The position numbers and the translations under genes were made by a program. From IMG/VR virus record IMGVR_UViG_2850802633_000001: a DNA stretch of 14,944 bases; one strand, given 5' to 3'. This DNA is from a virus. Lineage: Duplodnaviria; Heunggongvirae; Uroviricota; Caudoviricetes. Under the pieces are notes generated by a model. That model was given only the letters and a program-made list of their open reading frames with translations. It had not been told where the DNA came from and made no database searches. Shown here in pieces: positions 1 to 9,161 of the stretch (positions are counted from its first letter, which is position 1; each line of letters begins with the position of its first letter).

Positions 1-662
<662 letters not shown>

Positions 663-760
663 AATAGGTGTTTTTCGTCATGAAGTTGATAAAAGTCTAT
701 ATAGAACCACCTCCTGTAGAGGTGGTGGTAATTTGCCAGAGTGTGGGATTCGTTAGTATA

Positions 761-2038
761 CTATGGGATAAACTTATTTTTACCAATTGTATAAGGCGGT
801 GCATAAGATTCTCGGCATGCTTCCAGATAATCCGACCACCACTGCATCATCGCTTTGCGGGCTTCCAGGTGCTCTGCCTTATGAATATAAGCCATGCGCA
901 CGGTATTGCGCTCCTGATGACTCATCTGGCGTTCTACTGCGTCCTTTGCCCATAAACCCGATTCCATCAGCGCACTGCATGCCATTGCCCGGAAGCCGTG
1001 ACCGCAGATATCCTTTTTCGTGTCGTAACCCATCACCCGCAGTGCCTTATTGACCGTGTTTTCACACATTGGCTTATACGGGTTATGGTCGCCGGGGAAG
1101 ATCAGTTCATTATTACCGGTGATATCCTTAATCTGTTTCAGAATGGCGATGGACTGTTCTGAGAGGGGGACGATATGCGGCATTCGCATTTTTGCCCCGC
1201 GGCCGGAATAACGCACGCCAATAATGGGTTCTCGCGTCGCGGGTATCGTCCAGACTCGGTTTGTGAAATCAATCTCTGACCAGCGGGCGAAACGCAGTTC
1301 ACTGGAGCGAATGAACACATGCAGCATCAGCAGAACGGCATGCCGGGTCAGTTCACGGCCCTGATGATATGCCCCAATACGTTCAAGCAGTTCAGGCAGC
1401 CGCTCCAGCGGCAGGGCAGGATAGTGCCGTCTGACAGGAGGTGTGGTCACGCCGCCAAGGTTTGCTGCAGGGTTCGTATCGATTAACTCCTGATGGACCG
1501 CATGGCGCATTATGTTACTCAGGTGCTGCCGTGTGCGGGACGCAACCTCCAGCAGACCTTTTTCCTCGATCCCTTTCAGCAGGTCAATGAAATGACGGGG
1601 TTTAAGTTCTGATACAGGTAGGTTCCCGATGACCGGAAAGATGTGATTGTTCAGGCTGGCAAGCAGACGGTCGGCGGTGTTCTGCGACCATTTCCTGTTA
1701 CTTTTATGTCACGCCAGCGCCATGTTTTTAAAAACTTTCTCCGGTGTTCGTGAGCCACGTTCAGCAGCCCGCTGCTGTACCGGGTTGATATTCAGCGCCA
1801 GCATTTTACGGATACCTTCACGTTGCTGTCGCGCATCAGACAGGGAGATGGCTGGATAGGCACCCAGCGCAATGCGGGATTCTTTACCGCTAATACGGTA
1901 TTTGAGATACCAGTGGCGGGAGCCACCCGGCTTGACCAGCAGATACAGACCGTGAGAATCGGAGACTTTAAAGGGTTTATCAGAAGGCTTGAGGGGGCGG
2001 ATTTTTGCGTCGGTAAGGGATATATGGGGGTCACTCCA
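761..2038 (-). pseudogene. int: P4-type tRNA-associated tyrosine integrase, inactivated by an in-frame TGA and apparent loss of the start codon
   Basis: One minus-strand frame reads integrase-like sequence from 2038 (SLTDAKIRPLKPSDKPFKVSDSHGLYLLVKPGG...) through to the stop at 761-763, but is broken by a TGA at 1709-1711 (plus-strand TCA). The longest M-initiated ORF is therefore only 761-1510. At the expected N-terminus the codon is ATA (2023-2021), directly after an in-frame TAA (2041-2039). The gene sits next to the 3' end of tRNA-Asn in the same orientation. Confidence 0.7.
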
Positions 2039-2184
2039 TTATCGAACTAACCTGATCCCAGATTTGACCACCAATTTTTCCCGATGCGTAGGGTAAAATC
2101 AAAATGCACCGAGAAGAGTTTTCACACTAACCTGTTGAATCAACATCAGATAAAGATTCGCAAGGATGCATGAAAACAGAAAAT

Positions 2185-2260
2185 TGGCTCCTCTGACTGG
2201 ACTCGAACCAGTGACATACGGATTAACAGTCCGCCGTTCTACCGACTGAACTACAGAGGA
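2185..2260 (-). tRNA. asnT: tRNA-Asn (anticodon GUU)
   Basis: The minus strand reads TCCTCTGTAGTTCAGTCGGTAGAACGGCGGACTGTTAATCCGTATGTCACTGGTTCGAGTCCAGTCAGAGGAGCCA, 76 nt with a CCA end and the cloverleaf. The asnT assignment rests on the adjacent mtfA, as in the E. coli K-12 map. Confidence 0.92.
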
Positions 2261-2360
2261 ATCGTGAGAACGGGGCGCATATTACTTAGCGGTACCTTGT
2301 CTGTCAACACTAAATTTCATAAGCCATTTCAATTGGTTAATTAATCTTCAAAGTTGTTAA

Positions 2361-3158
2361 TTAATGAACATTCGTCGCTGAAAACGAGTCTGTATCATTA
2401 GCGTGATGCAGTCTCTGCAAAGGATCTTGTTGATAAAATTGACAGAAACGTTGCCACAATGAAGGGAAACGAGGAGCAAAAAGTTCTGGGGCGCTAAAGA
2501 AATATTCAGAAAGTACGGCAAAACATTCAGCAGGATCACTGGCAGCATAAGCATCAATGCTCGCCGCATTCTCACCAACTAATTCGATTTCTTCCTGAAT
2601 GTTGTTCATTGCAGCATGAAGATCGTGTTCCCAGCCAGCAACCTCACGCAACGAAATAAAGGGAACTCCGCTGGCGCGATCGCCGTTACGGGTGTCCAGC
2701 TTATGAGCGACTTCATGAATAATCAGGTTAAAACCAGAAGCATCAAAAGAATCTTGTATATCCAACCAGTTCAAAACGATAGGCCCTTGCTGCCAGCTCT
2801 GACCTGACTGAACAATACGTTGGTTATGCACCAGACCGATATCGTCTTCCCATTCATCATCGACCACAAATGGCGCAGGATAAATTAAGACTTCATGAAA
2901 ACCATCCAGCCATTCCAGTCCTAACTCCAGAACGGGCAGGCAAAATAGAAGTGCTATCCGGCAGCTTCTTAATGAATTCAGCTCAAAGCCCTGTAAAGGA
3001 ACAAGCCGTTTTTGCTGTAAAAAACGTTCGGCAAGAGCGACCAATTTGCTTTGTTCCTGTTCTGTCAGACACGTTAAAAGGGGGATCGATAGTGCTTCCT
3101 GCCAGGGAAGGGCAGTTTGATGTGCTGATTCTTGTACTTTCCAGGGCCACTTAATCAT
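2361..3158 (-). CDS. mtfA: MtfA (Mlc titration factor A), zinc-dependent peptidase
   Basis: The translation from [20 protein letters not shown] onward (265 aa) contains the HEXXH metallopeptidase motif ([10 protein letters not shown]). The track ORF starts 13 codons further upstream at 3197; the ATG at 3158 gives the recognised N-terminus. Confidence 0.88.
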   Translation of the reverse strand: MIKWPWKVQESAHQTALPWQEALSIPLLTCLTEQEQSKLVALAERFLQQKRLVPLQGFELNSLRSCRIALLFCLPVLELGLEWLDGFHEVLIYPAPFVVDDEWEDDIGLVHNQRIVQSGQSWQQGPIVLNWLDIQDSFDASGFNLIIHEVAHKLDTRNGDRASGVPFISLREVAGWEHDLHAAMNNIQEEIELVGENAASIDAYAASDPAECFAVLSEYFFSAPELFAPRFPSLWQRFCQFYQQDPLQRLHHANDTDSFSATNVH

Positions 3159-3251
3159 CGTTTTGCTCGCAAACTCGTCACTTGAACAAAATTGCACGGA
3201 CAGGGACTGTTAAAATGCCAAATTTCCTGGCATCATGGCAACCATCTGAAC

Positions 3252-3341
3252 GGAGAGATGCCGGAGCGGCTGAACGGACCGGTCTCGAAAACCGGAGTGG
3301 GGGCAACTCCACCGGGGGTTCAAATCCCCCTCTCTCCGCCA
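3252..3341 (+). tRNA. serU: tRNA-Ser (anticodon CGA)
   Basis: GGAGAGATGCCGGAGCGGCTGAACGGACCGGTCTCGAAAACCGG...GGTTCAAATCCCCCTCTCTCCGCCA is 90 nt with a long variable arm, a CUCGAAA anticodon loop and a CCA end. This is the same gene order as serU-mtfA-asnT in E. coli. Confidence 0.92.
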
Positions 3342-3387
3342 AAATTCAATCACTTATACATCATTAAGTCAGTGACAAAAATCACAC

Positions 3388-3423
3388 TTGGAATTACTTG
3401 GAATATTTTCTTGGAATATTTTC
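3388..3423. repeat. Short direct repeats (CTTGGAAT, then CTTGGAATATTTTC and TTGGAATATTTTC in tandem) at the serU/integrase junction
   Basis: Seen directly at 3388-3395, 3397-3410 and 3411-3423, overlapping the last codons of the integrase gene about 50 bp from the tRNA-Ser 3' end. Confidence 0.5.
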
Positions 3424-4419
3424 AGGTAACGGGACATCAAGTGTCGGTGAAACTTTAACCTTCCTGTCATAGATTAGCACTTGCCCCTCGGTTTTGTGAC
3501 CAGAGAAAAGTTGCTTATCCCGACTGCTTCCTTCATAGTCTGAAATTCCTTTCGCCTTCAGATCATGAAAGGTGAAGTCGGTTAAAATACCTGAAATTTT
3601 GCCTGCGCGATTTCTTGCTTCTACCCACATTTCGTTAAAGCCTTTGTACATATATCGGTTGCCGTATTGATTGCTGATTACATAGGCGGATGTTGGTAAC
3701 TGTTTTGCTTTTTCGATCGCCGCCTGTAATCGTGGACTCCATGCTTTTATCTGTTTTTTTCCTGTTTTCCCTTGCTGGATAAAGATCCCGTCGTTTCCAA
3801 TCTGCTCCCATTTCAGCGATAACACATCGGAAACCCTCGCTGCACACAGATAGGCAATTTCCATTGCGATAAAAACAGGAAGAGGTGCAACGCTTAATAC
3901 TGCCTGGTATTCTTTGTCGGTTACATATCGTTCGCGGTTTTTGGCCTTGAATTTACTTACACCTGCACATGGGTTAGCCTTCACGTACCCTCGCTCATAC
4001 CCCCAACTGTAAACGCGGGACATACTGCTTTTTTCATGGTTGGCTTGCGTTTTACTCTGTTCCCCTCTCTTGTCCATGTATCGACGGATGTGTTCTGGTT
4101 TTATGGAATCTGCCGGCACCTTACCGAATACGGCAAGCAACTTTTTTTGATGTTGCAGATAATCTTTTTGTGTTCTTGGACTGAGGTCACTGTAATAGGC
4201 GCTGGCGAGGAATTTTTCCCACAAGCGACCGAATGTCATTGCACGATCGCGATTATTTACAGTTTCCTCATACTTTTTCCATAAAGCAGCTAAACCATCC
4301 TTGATGGCGGTTAGTGTTACAGATTCTCTGGATGTTGGTTTCCATACATAACTATATTTATTTGGGTATACATTTGGAGGTAATTTTTCGTGTTCAGGAT
4401 TTTTCCTTCGTCTTCCCAT
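3394..4419 (-). CDS. int: Lambdoid prophage integrase (tyrosine recombinase), apparently intact
   Basis: A 341-aa ORF ending next to the tRNA-Ser 3' end and transcribed toward it. The C-terminal region has integrase-like residues (FHDLKAKG ... LIYDRK). The N-terminus MGRRRKNPEHEKLPPNVYP is typical of phage integrases. Confidence 0.88.
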   Translation of the reverse strand: MGRRRKNPEHEKLPPNVYPNKYSYVWKPTSRESVTLTAIKDGLAALWKKYEETVNNRDRAMTFGRLWEKFLASAYYSDLSPRTQKDYLQHQKKLLAVFGKVPADSIKPEHIRRYMDKRGEQSKTQANHEKSSMSRVYSWGYERGYVKANPCAGVSKFKAKNRERYVTDKEYQAVLSVAPLPVFIAMEIAYLCAARVSDVLSLKWEQIGNDGIFIQQGKTGKKQIKAWSPRLQAAIEKAKQLPTSAYVISNQYGNRYMYKGFNEMWVEARNRAGKISGILTDFTFHDLKAKGISDYEGSSRDKQLFSGHKTEGQVLIYDRKVKVSPTLDVPLPENIPRKYSK

Positions 4420-4579
4420 CAGATCGCACCAAAATTCGGCTCTACCTCGCGTGGTGGTAAAGTTTTATTGCAGGTAAATAGATCCCGGCTGACAATCGGT
4501 TTGCCACTACGATTGGTATAGAACGGAAGCCCGTTTTCCATTAACCATTTTCGCTGGTGGCAGCATTACCAGGGCGGTA

Positions 4580-5002
4580 ATGAAAATGACTGAATTAACA
4601 AAAGAACAATTAATCGAAGAAGCCAAATTAAAAATAGCGATTACGAAATGCCACCCCAATTCAGGGATGGCGCGAGTAGAGGGCGAGTTATTCAAAATTG
4701 CACGGGCATCGCTGGAAGCAGAGCCGATAGCGTGGCGATATCGCTACGTGAAAAAAGGTGTTATGGACTCTCAGGGGGAGTTGTGGGTTGGTGACTGGAA
4801 ATATGTACCGAAAAAAGAGGATTGTAACGACAGGCCGAACTATGAAATTCAGGCCTTATTCACTGCCCCACCAGTCCCGGTTACATCAGAAGAACTGGTT
4901 AAAGCTGTGCACTTTTATGAACAATTAAAACGCGAAAATCCACCAGCATCCGGCAACCAGATTAATGGGTTAACTATGTCGGTTAAACGACCAGCCAACT
5001 GA
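4580..5002 (+). CDS. Hypothetical prophage early-region protein (about 138-140 aa), function unknown
   Basis: ORF transcribed divergently from int, with a second in-frame ATG at 4586. It has a Trp/Tyr-rich central segment (IAWRYRYV, GELWVGDWKYVP). I do not recognise a family with any confidence. Confidence 0.5.
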   Translation: MKMTELTKEQLIEEAKLKIAITKCHPNSGMARVEGELFKIARASLEAEPIAWRYRYVKKGVMDSQGELWVGDWKYVPKKEDCNDRPNYEIQALFTAPPVPVTSEELVKAVHFYEQLKRENPPASGNQINGLTMSVKRPAN

Positions 5003-5214
5003 AAAAGCGGAAACCTGATTATAGGTTGCCAGATAAGGCAATAAGCTACCTGGCGCGGAACGGACTGATAAGTATGGGGAATGTTTTACGATGAGTATTT
5101 AGACTAAAGAGTTTGTAACGCTATGTAAGTGATTTTTTCTGGTTTAGATATTTATATGTCCGGCCAAATTGAGGTGTGTTTAAATGTTATTGCACATTGA
5201 TTGTAGGGGGAATA

Positions 5215-5394
5215 ATGAAAAACGCATTGCAGTTTTTGTTTGTTGCGTTCTGGTTGTTCGCATCATGTATGCCCATCATCTTCACAGCAAGGTATATGGA
5301 AAAAATTGATGTTTTGATATTAATGTTTGGACATATAAATGCCCTTTTTTTAGGGGTGTTCATGGCGGTCATGTGCATTGAATACTGGCGGTAA
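5215..5394 (+). CDS. Small hydrophobic protein (59 aa, two likely transmembrane segments), function unknown
   Basis: The ATG at 5215 follows a strong Shine-Dalgarno-like GGGGGA about 6 nt upstream. The translation MKNALQFLFVAFWLFASCMPIIFTARYMEKIDVLILMFGHINALFLGVFMAVMCIEYWR is mostly hydrophobic. The track ORF begins at 5176, in frame. Confidence 0.45.
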   Translation: MKNALQFLFVAFWLFASCMPIIFTARYMEKIDVLILMFGHINALFLGVFMAVMCIEYWR

Positions 5395-5653
5395 ATACAG
5401 CGAACGCTATTGGTTTAGTTGGATATTTACTGTGCCGGACAAAAACGGTTTGCAGGGAAATCTTAGTTAAGTAGAATGACTGCGGGTGCTTGAGGCTATC
5501 TGTCTCAGGCATGAACACCAAAAGGCAGATAGAGAAAAGCCCCAGTTAACATTACGCGTCCTGCAAGACGCTTAACATTAATCTGAGGCTCAATCCATGC
5601 TGAACACATGTAGGTTAGCCTCTTACGTGCCGAAAGGCAAGGAGAAGCAGGCT

Positions 5654-5809
5654 ATGAAGCAGCAAAAGGCGATGTTAATCGCCCTTATCGTCATCTGTTT
5701 AACCGTCATAGTGACGGCACTGGTAACGAGGAAAGACCTCTGCGAGGTACGAATCCGAACCGGCCAGACGGAGGTCGCTGTCTTCACAGCTTACGAACCT
5801 GAGGAGTAA
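5654..5809 (+). CDS. hokD: Hok/Gef-family type I toxin (HokD/RelF-like, 51 aa)
   Basis: The translation MKQQKAMLIALIVICLTVIVTALVTRKDLCEVRIRTGQTEVAVFTAYEPEE matches the HokD/RelF sequence as I remember it. GGAGAA lies about 7 nt upstream of the ATG. The track ORF 5597-5809 is an in-frame upstream extension. Confidence 0.85.
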   Translation: MKQQKAMLIALIVICLTVIVTALVTRKDLCEVRIRTGQTEVAVFTAYEPEE

Positions 5810-5976
5810 GAGACCCGGCGGGGGAGAAATCCCTCGCCACCGCTGATGTGTCAGGCATCCTCAACGCACCCGCACTTAACCCGCTTCGGCGGGTTTTGTT
5901 TTTTCTGGTCGTTCTGGTTTACAATCCATCCGTCAGCCTGAACAACTGGCACCTGCTGCGCCAGCAGAGAAAACAG

Positions 5977-6255
5977 ATGGCGCACGATACCAAATTTTAC
6001 AATTCGGATAACTCTGCCGCCCCTGCCAGCAGGCACGGGCGGCGTTCTCATGCATTCAAATCTGACGGGTATCAGCACGACCCCTGCACCGAAGAACAGG
6101 CTGAATGGCTGATTCAGCGCTACCGCAGACACGGATACGAGATTAAGAAAGCCCTCAGTCTCGATTATCGTCACTGGATAATCTTCGTCAGGCTCCCTTA
6201 TTCCGAACGGCCACCGCGTCCGTCCTGCACATTCCAGCAACGGATCTGGAGGTAA
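5977..6255 (+). CDS. Small prophage protein of unknown function (Rem-like by position)
   Basis: In-frame ATG at 5977 within track ORF 5848-6255; its stop is 1 nt before the next gene. The position between hok and the DUF968 gene matches the Qin-prophage order hokD-rem-ydfU as I recall it. Naming is by position only. Confidence 0.4.
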   Translation: MAHDTKFYNSDNSAAPASRHGRRSHAFKSDGYQHDPCTEEQAEWLIQRYRRHGYEIKKALSLDYRHWIIFVRLPYSERPPRPSCTFQQRIWR

Positions 6256-6256
6256 T

Positions 6257-7315
6257 GTGCGGGTATTACTTCGACCTGTTCTGGTTCCGGAACTCGGGCT
6301 GGTGGTCCTTAAGCCCGGTCGTGAATCCATGCCGGTATTCCACAATACCCGGGTACTGGTGGAGCCGGAACCGAAAAGCATGCGTAATCTGCCGTCCGGG
6401 GTCGTTCCTGCCGTTCGCCAGCCGCTAGTGGAAGACAAAACATTGCTGCCGTTTTTCAGTAACGCACGGGTGATTCGTGCTGCTGGTGGTGCTGGCGCAT
6501 TGTCTGACTGGCTGTTGCGCCATATTAAATCCTGCCAGTGGCCACACGGCGATTATCATCACAGCGAAACCGTCATTCACCGTTATGGTACCGGCGCAAT
6601 GGTATTGTGCTGGCACTGCGACAACCAGCTGCGTGACCAGACATCCGAATCACTCGAGCAACTTGCTCATCAAAACCTGTCAGCATGGATGATTGACGTC
6701 ATCGGTCACGCAATAAGCGGTACGCAGGAGCGTGAATTATCTCTGGCTGAATTATCCTGGTGGGCGGTCCGCAATCAGGTGGCGGACGCGCTACCGGAAG
6801 CGGTATTACGTCGTTCGCTGGGGTTGCGTGCGGAAAAAATCCGCTCAATGTACCGTGAAAGCGACATCGTGCCGGGAGAGCAGACCGCCACCAGCATACT
6901 GAAGCAGCGCACAAAAAATCTTGCGCCACTGCCTCACGCCCACCAGCAACAGAATCCACCACAGGAAGAGACGGTGGTCAGCATTGCCGTTGATCCGGAA
7001 TCTCCGGCTCAGTATCTCCAGCGCCAGAAACCACAACGGGAAGAGATGCCTGTATACACGCGCTGGGTAAAAACGCAGAAATGCATGACGTGTGGCAATC
7101 AGGCAGATGATCCGCACCACATCATTGGTCATGGACTGGGAGGGATGGGAACAAAGGCTGACGATTTGTTTGTTATTCCGCTGTGTCGTAAATGCCATAA
7201 CGAACTACACGCCGGGGTAAAAGATTTTGAAGAAAAACACGGTAGTCAGTTGTTGTTGCTGATTCGTTTTTTAATGCACGCGAGAAATTCGGGTGTTCTG
7301 AAGTGGAAAGCATAA
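6257..7315 (+). CDS. DUF968-family prophage protein (YdfU-like) with a C-terminal Cys/His-rich HNH-like motif
   Basis: GTG start at 6257 preceded by GGAGGT at 6248-6253. The N-terminus MRVLLRPVLVPELGLVVLKPGRE and overall length fit YdfU-like proteins. The C-terminal motif is CMTCGNQADDPHHIIGHG...PLCRKCHNELH. Confidence 0.7.
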   Translation: MRVLLRPVLVPELGLVVLKPGRESMPVFHNTRVLVEPEPKSMRNLPSGVVPAVRQPLVEDKTLLPFFSNARVIRAAGGAGALSDWLLRHIKSCQWPHGDYHHSETVIHRYGTGAMVLCWHCDNQLRDQTSESLEQLAHQNLSAWMIDVIGHAISGTQERELSLAELSWWAVRNQVADALPEAVLRRSLGLRAEKIRSMYRESDIVPGEQTATSILKQRTKNLAPLPHAHQQQNPPQEETVVSIAVDPESPAQYLQRQKPQREEMPVYTRWVKTQKCMTCGNQADDPHHIIGHGLGGMGTKADDLFVIPLCRKCHNELHAGVKDFEEKHGSQLLLLIRFLMHARNSGVLKWKA

Positions 7316-7681
7316 ATGACCGAACGCATAGAATTTGTTTTGCCTTACCCGCCAACGGTGAACACCTACTGGCGACGTCGTGGCAGCACATATTTTGTAT
7401 CAAAAGCCGGTGAGCGTTATCGCCGTGATGTGGCGCTAATTGTTCGCCAGCAGCGACTGAAATTAAACCTGTCCGGAAGGCTGGCGATAAAGATTATTGC
7501 AGAGCCACCGGATAAGCGCCGTCGTGACCTGGACAATATCCTGAAGGCACCGCTGGATGCGCTGACGCATGCTGGACTACTTATAGACGACGAGCAGTTT
7601 GATGAAATCAATATTGTGCGCGGTCAGCTCGTTCCTGGTGGGCGGCTGGGGATAAAAATCACAGAACTGGGGTGCGCATGA
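7316..7681 (+). CDS. rusA: RusA-family Holliday junction resolvase
   Basis: The translation MTERIEFVLPYPPTVNTYWRRRG...DKRRRDLDNILKAPLDALTHAGLLIDDEQ has the RusA signature, including the acidic DLDN catalytic region. The start abuts the upstream stop (TAAATG). Confidence 0.85.
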   Translation: MTERIEFVLPYPPTVNTYWRRRGSTYFVSKAGERYRRDVALIVRQQRLKLNLSGRLAIKIIAEPPDKRRRDLDNILKAPLDALTHAGLLIDDEQFDEINIVRGQLVPGGRLGIKITELGCA

Positions 7682-8361
7682 ATAACCAGTATTTACAGTT
7701 TGTGCGTGAGCAGCTCATTATCGCCACCGCTGATTTGAGTGGGGCAACAAAAGGTCAGCTTGAAGCCTGGCAAGAGAATGCCATGTTCGATACAGGGCGT
7801 TACAGGCGTAAAAAAATCCGGTACCGCGATGAAGTGACTGGAAAAATGATAACGCGGGATAATCCACCAATCCCGGGAAAGCAATCGCTGGCGAAGGGGA
7901 CGTCAATTCCTCTGGTCAGTCCGGTTGAGTTTTCGACATCATCGTGGCGGCGGGCTGTTCTGTCTCTTGAAGAGCACTATAAAGCCTGGTTGTTGTGGTG
8001 TTACAGCGGGAGTATTTGTTGGGAATATCAGATCGCGATAACACAGTGGGCGTGGAATGAATTTAATGCTCAATCCGGTACCAGAAAAATTGCAGGGAAA
8101 ACGCAGGAACGCCTGAAAAAATTAATCTGGCTGGCGGCGCAGGCAGTAAAAGCAGAACTTTTTGGTGGGGAAGGTTATGAATACCAGGAGCTGGCATTAC
8201 TGGCGGGAGTGACAACTAAAAACTGGTCCAAAACATTTACTCGTCACTGGGTTGCAATGAAACACATTTTTCACCGACTGGATAGTGAGGCTTTATTGTT
8301 TGTAATGAGAACACGTTCAAAAAAAAGACGGCATTTTCAAAGCAAAGTGTTGCAAAAGTAG
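7678..8361 (+). CDS. Putative late-gene antiterminator Q-family protein
   Basis: The ATG at 7678 overlaps the rusA stop (ATGA). The gene order rusA - this gene - terminator - tRNAs - holin is the canonical lambdoid Q position. The assignment is positional; I do not recognise a Q motif in the sequence. Confidence 0.6.
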   Translation: MNNQYLQFVREQLIIATADLSGATKGQLEAWQENAMFDTGRYRRKKIRYRDEVTGKMITRDNPPIPGKQSLAKGTSIPLVSPVEFSTSSWRRAVLSLEEHYKAWLLWCYSGSICWEYQIAITQWAWNEFNAQSGTRKIAGKTQERLKKLIWLAAQAVKAELFGGEGYEYQELALLAGVTTKNWSKTFTRHWVAMKHIFHRLDSEALLFVMRTRSKKRRHFQSKVLQK

Positions 8362-8431
8362 ATTAAAAGGCATATATTCATGCAAATCTGATACTTTGCC
8401 GATTTTGTACGTGATGGCAAAAGCAAACAAA

Positions 8432-8455
8432 ACCCGCCCACAAGCGGGTTTTTTG
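8432..8455 (+). terminator. Rho-independent terminator (tR'-like) downstream of the Q-like gene
   Basis: ACCCGC-CCACAA-GCGGGT stem-loop followed by a run of six T at 8449-8455. Confidence 0.7.
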
Positions 8456-8559
8456 TGCCACTTATCTCGGATAGACATGGTGAATGCGCTGGTGGAGGAG
8501 ATAAGGGTGATTTTTGAATGCTTGCAACATTGATTTCGTAACGTTATTATCCTGCGCCC

Positions 8560-8635
8560 GGCCCTTTAGCTCAGTGGTGAGAGCGAGCGACTCATAATCG
8601 CCAGGTCGCTGGTTCAAATCCAGCAAGGGCCACCA
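8560..8635 (+). tRNA. tRNA with CAU anticodon (Met or Ile2/lysidine type, as ileZ in Stx phages)
   Basis: 76 nt: GGCCCTT acceptor stem, CTCATAA anticodon loop, GCTGG-TTCAAAT-CCAGC T-arm, discriminator A and CCA. One A-C mismatch in the anticodon stem. Confidence 0.85.
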
Positions 8636-8636
8636 A

Positions 8637-8713
8637 CCGCCACTAGCTCATCAGGAAAGAGCGTCAACCCTTTAAGTTGAGTGTGCGAGGTTCGAGTCCC
8701 CGGTGGCGGTCCA
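8637..8713 (+). tRNA. tRNA-like gene, atypical; anticodon loop CCTTTAA would give UUU (Lys) with C at position 33
   Basis: 77 nt with a 7-bp acceptor stem (CCGCCAC/GTGGCGG), a D-arm containing GG, a perfect 5-bp anticodon stem (TCAAC/GTTGA), a T-arm with one A-C mismatch and a CCA end. Isotype is uncertain. Confidence 0.6.
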
Positions 8714-8715
8714 GT

Positions 8716-8791
<76 letters not shown>

Positions 8792-8794
8792 TAT

Positions 8795-8869
<75 letters not shown>

Positions 8870-9161
8870 GTCAGAGTCTTTCAGTCTGCGATGATGGGAA
8901 ATCCCGGAGTGACTGAAAGACGTTTAAGTTATGAATGATCGCTTTTTTTTGCAAAATTGCTGTGCAGAAATACTAACCTTCGGGCAGGCGATCATTCATA
9001 AGCACTCTGCTTTTATTCCGATTAACTGTGAGTGGTTTGTTGGATAGAGTGCTTTCCTTACTGTATATATCGTTTCGCCCGCTTTTGCGGTTTTTTCTTT
9101 TCAAATCCCTTTCATTTCTCAGTGTAAAACTACGCCATCCGTTATTTGCGGAGGTGAGGCT

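Noticed and set aside
668-1320. Track ORFs 668-955 (+), 787-1053 (+) and 1138-1320 (-)
   Set aside because: They lie antisense to or out of frame with the integrase reading frame, which has clear homology; treated as chance ORFs.
1792-2050. Track ORFs 1792-2034 (-, GTG start) and 1823-2050 (+) at the integrase 5' end
   Set aside because: The integrase homology (SLTDAKIRPLKPS...) is in a different minus-strand frame; these are out-of-frame artefacts.
3159-3197. Upstream extension of the mtfA track ORF ([13 protein letters not shown])
   Set aside because: The recognised MtfA N-terminus begins at MIKWPWKV (ATG at 3158); the extension is probably not translated.
4507-4695. Minus-strand 62-aa ORF overlapping the start of the 140-aa plus-strand gene
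   Set aside because: Hydrophobic, low-complexity translation with no ribosome-binding context, overlapping a better-supported gene.
5851-6438. Minus-strand 195-aa ORF antisense to the Rem-like and DUF968 genes
   Set aside because: Gly/Arg/Thr/Pro-rich translation typical of an antisense frame in GC-rich coding DNA; it overlaps two better-supported plus-strand genes.
6699-7198. Minus-strand ORFs 6699-6962 and 6845-7198
   Set aside because: Antisense to the DUF968 gene; no independent support.
9101-9110. TTCAAATCCC, matching 10 nt of the tRNA-Ser 3' end
   Set aside because: Too short to be an attachment-site repeat, and the prophage clearly continues beyond this point.
8870-9161. Possible Shiga toxin genes between the tRNA cluster and the holin
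   Set aside because: The interval is about 290 bp with no ORF of useful size; no stx genes are present.
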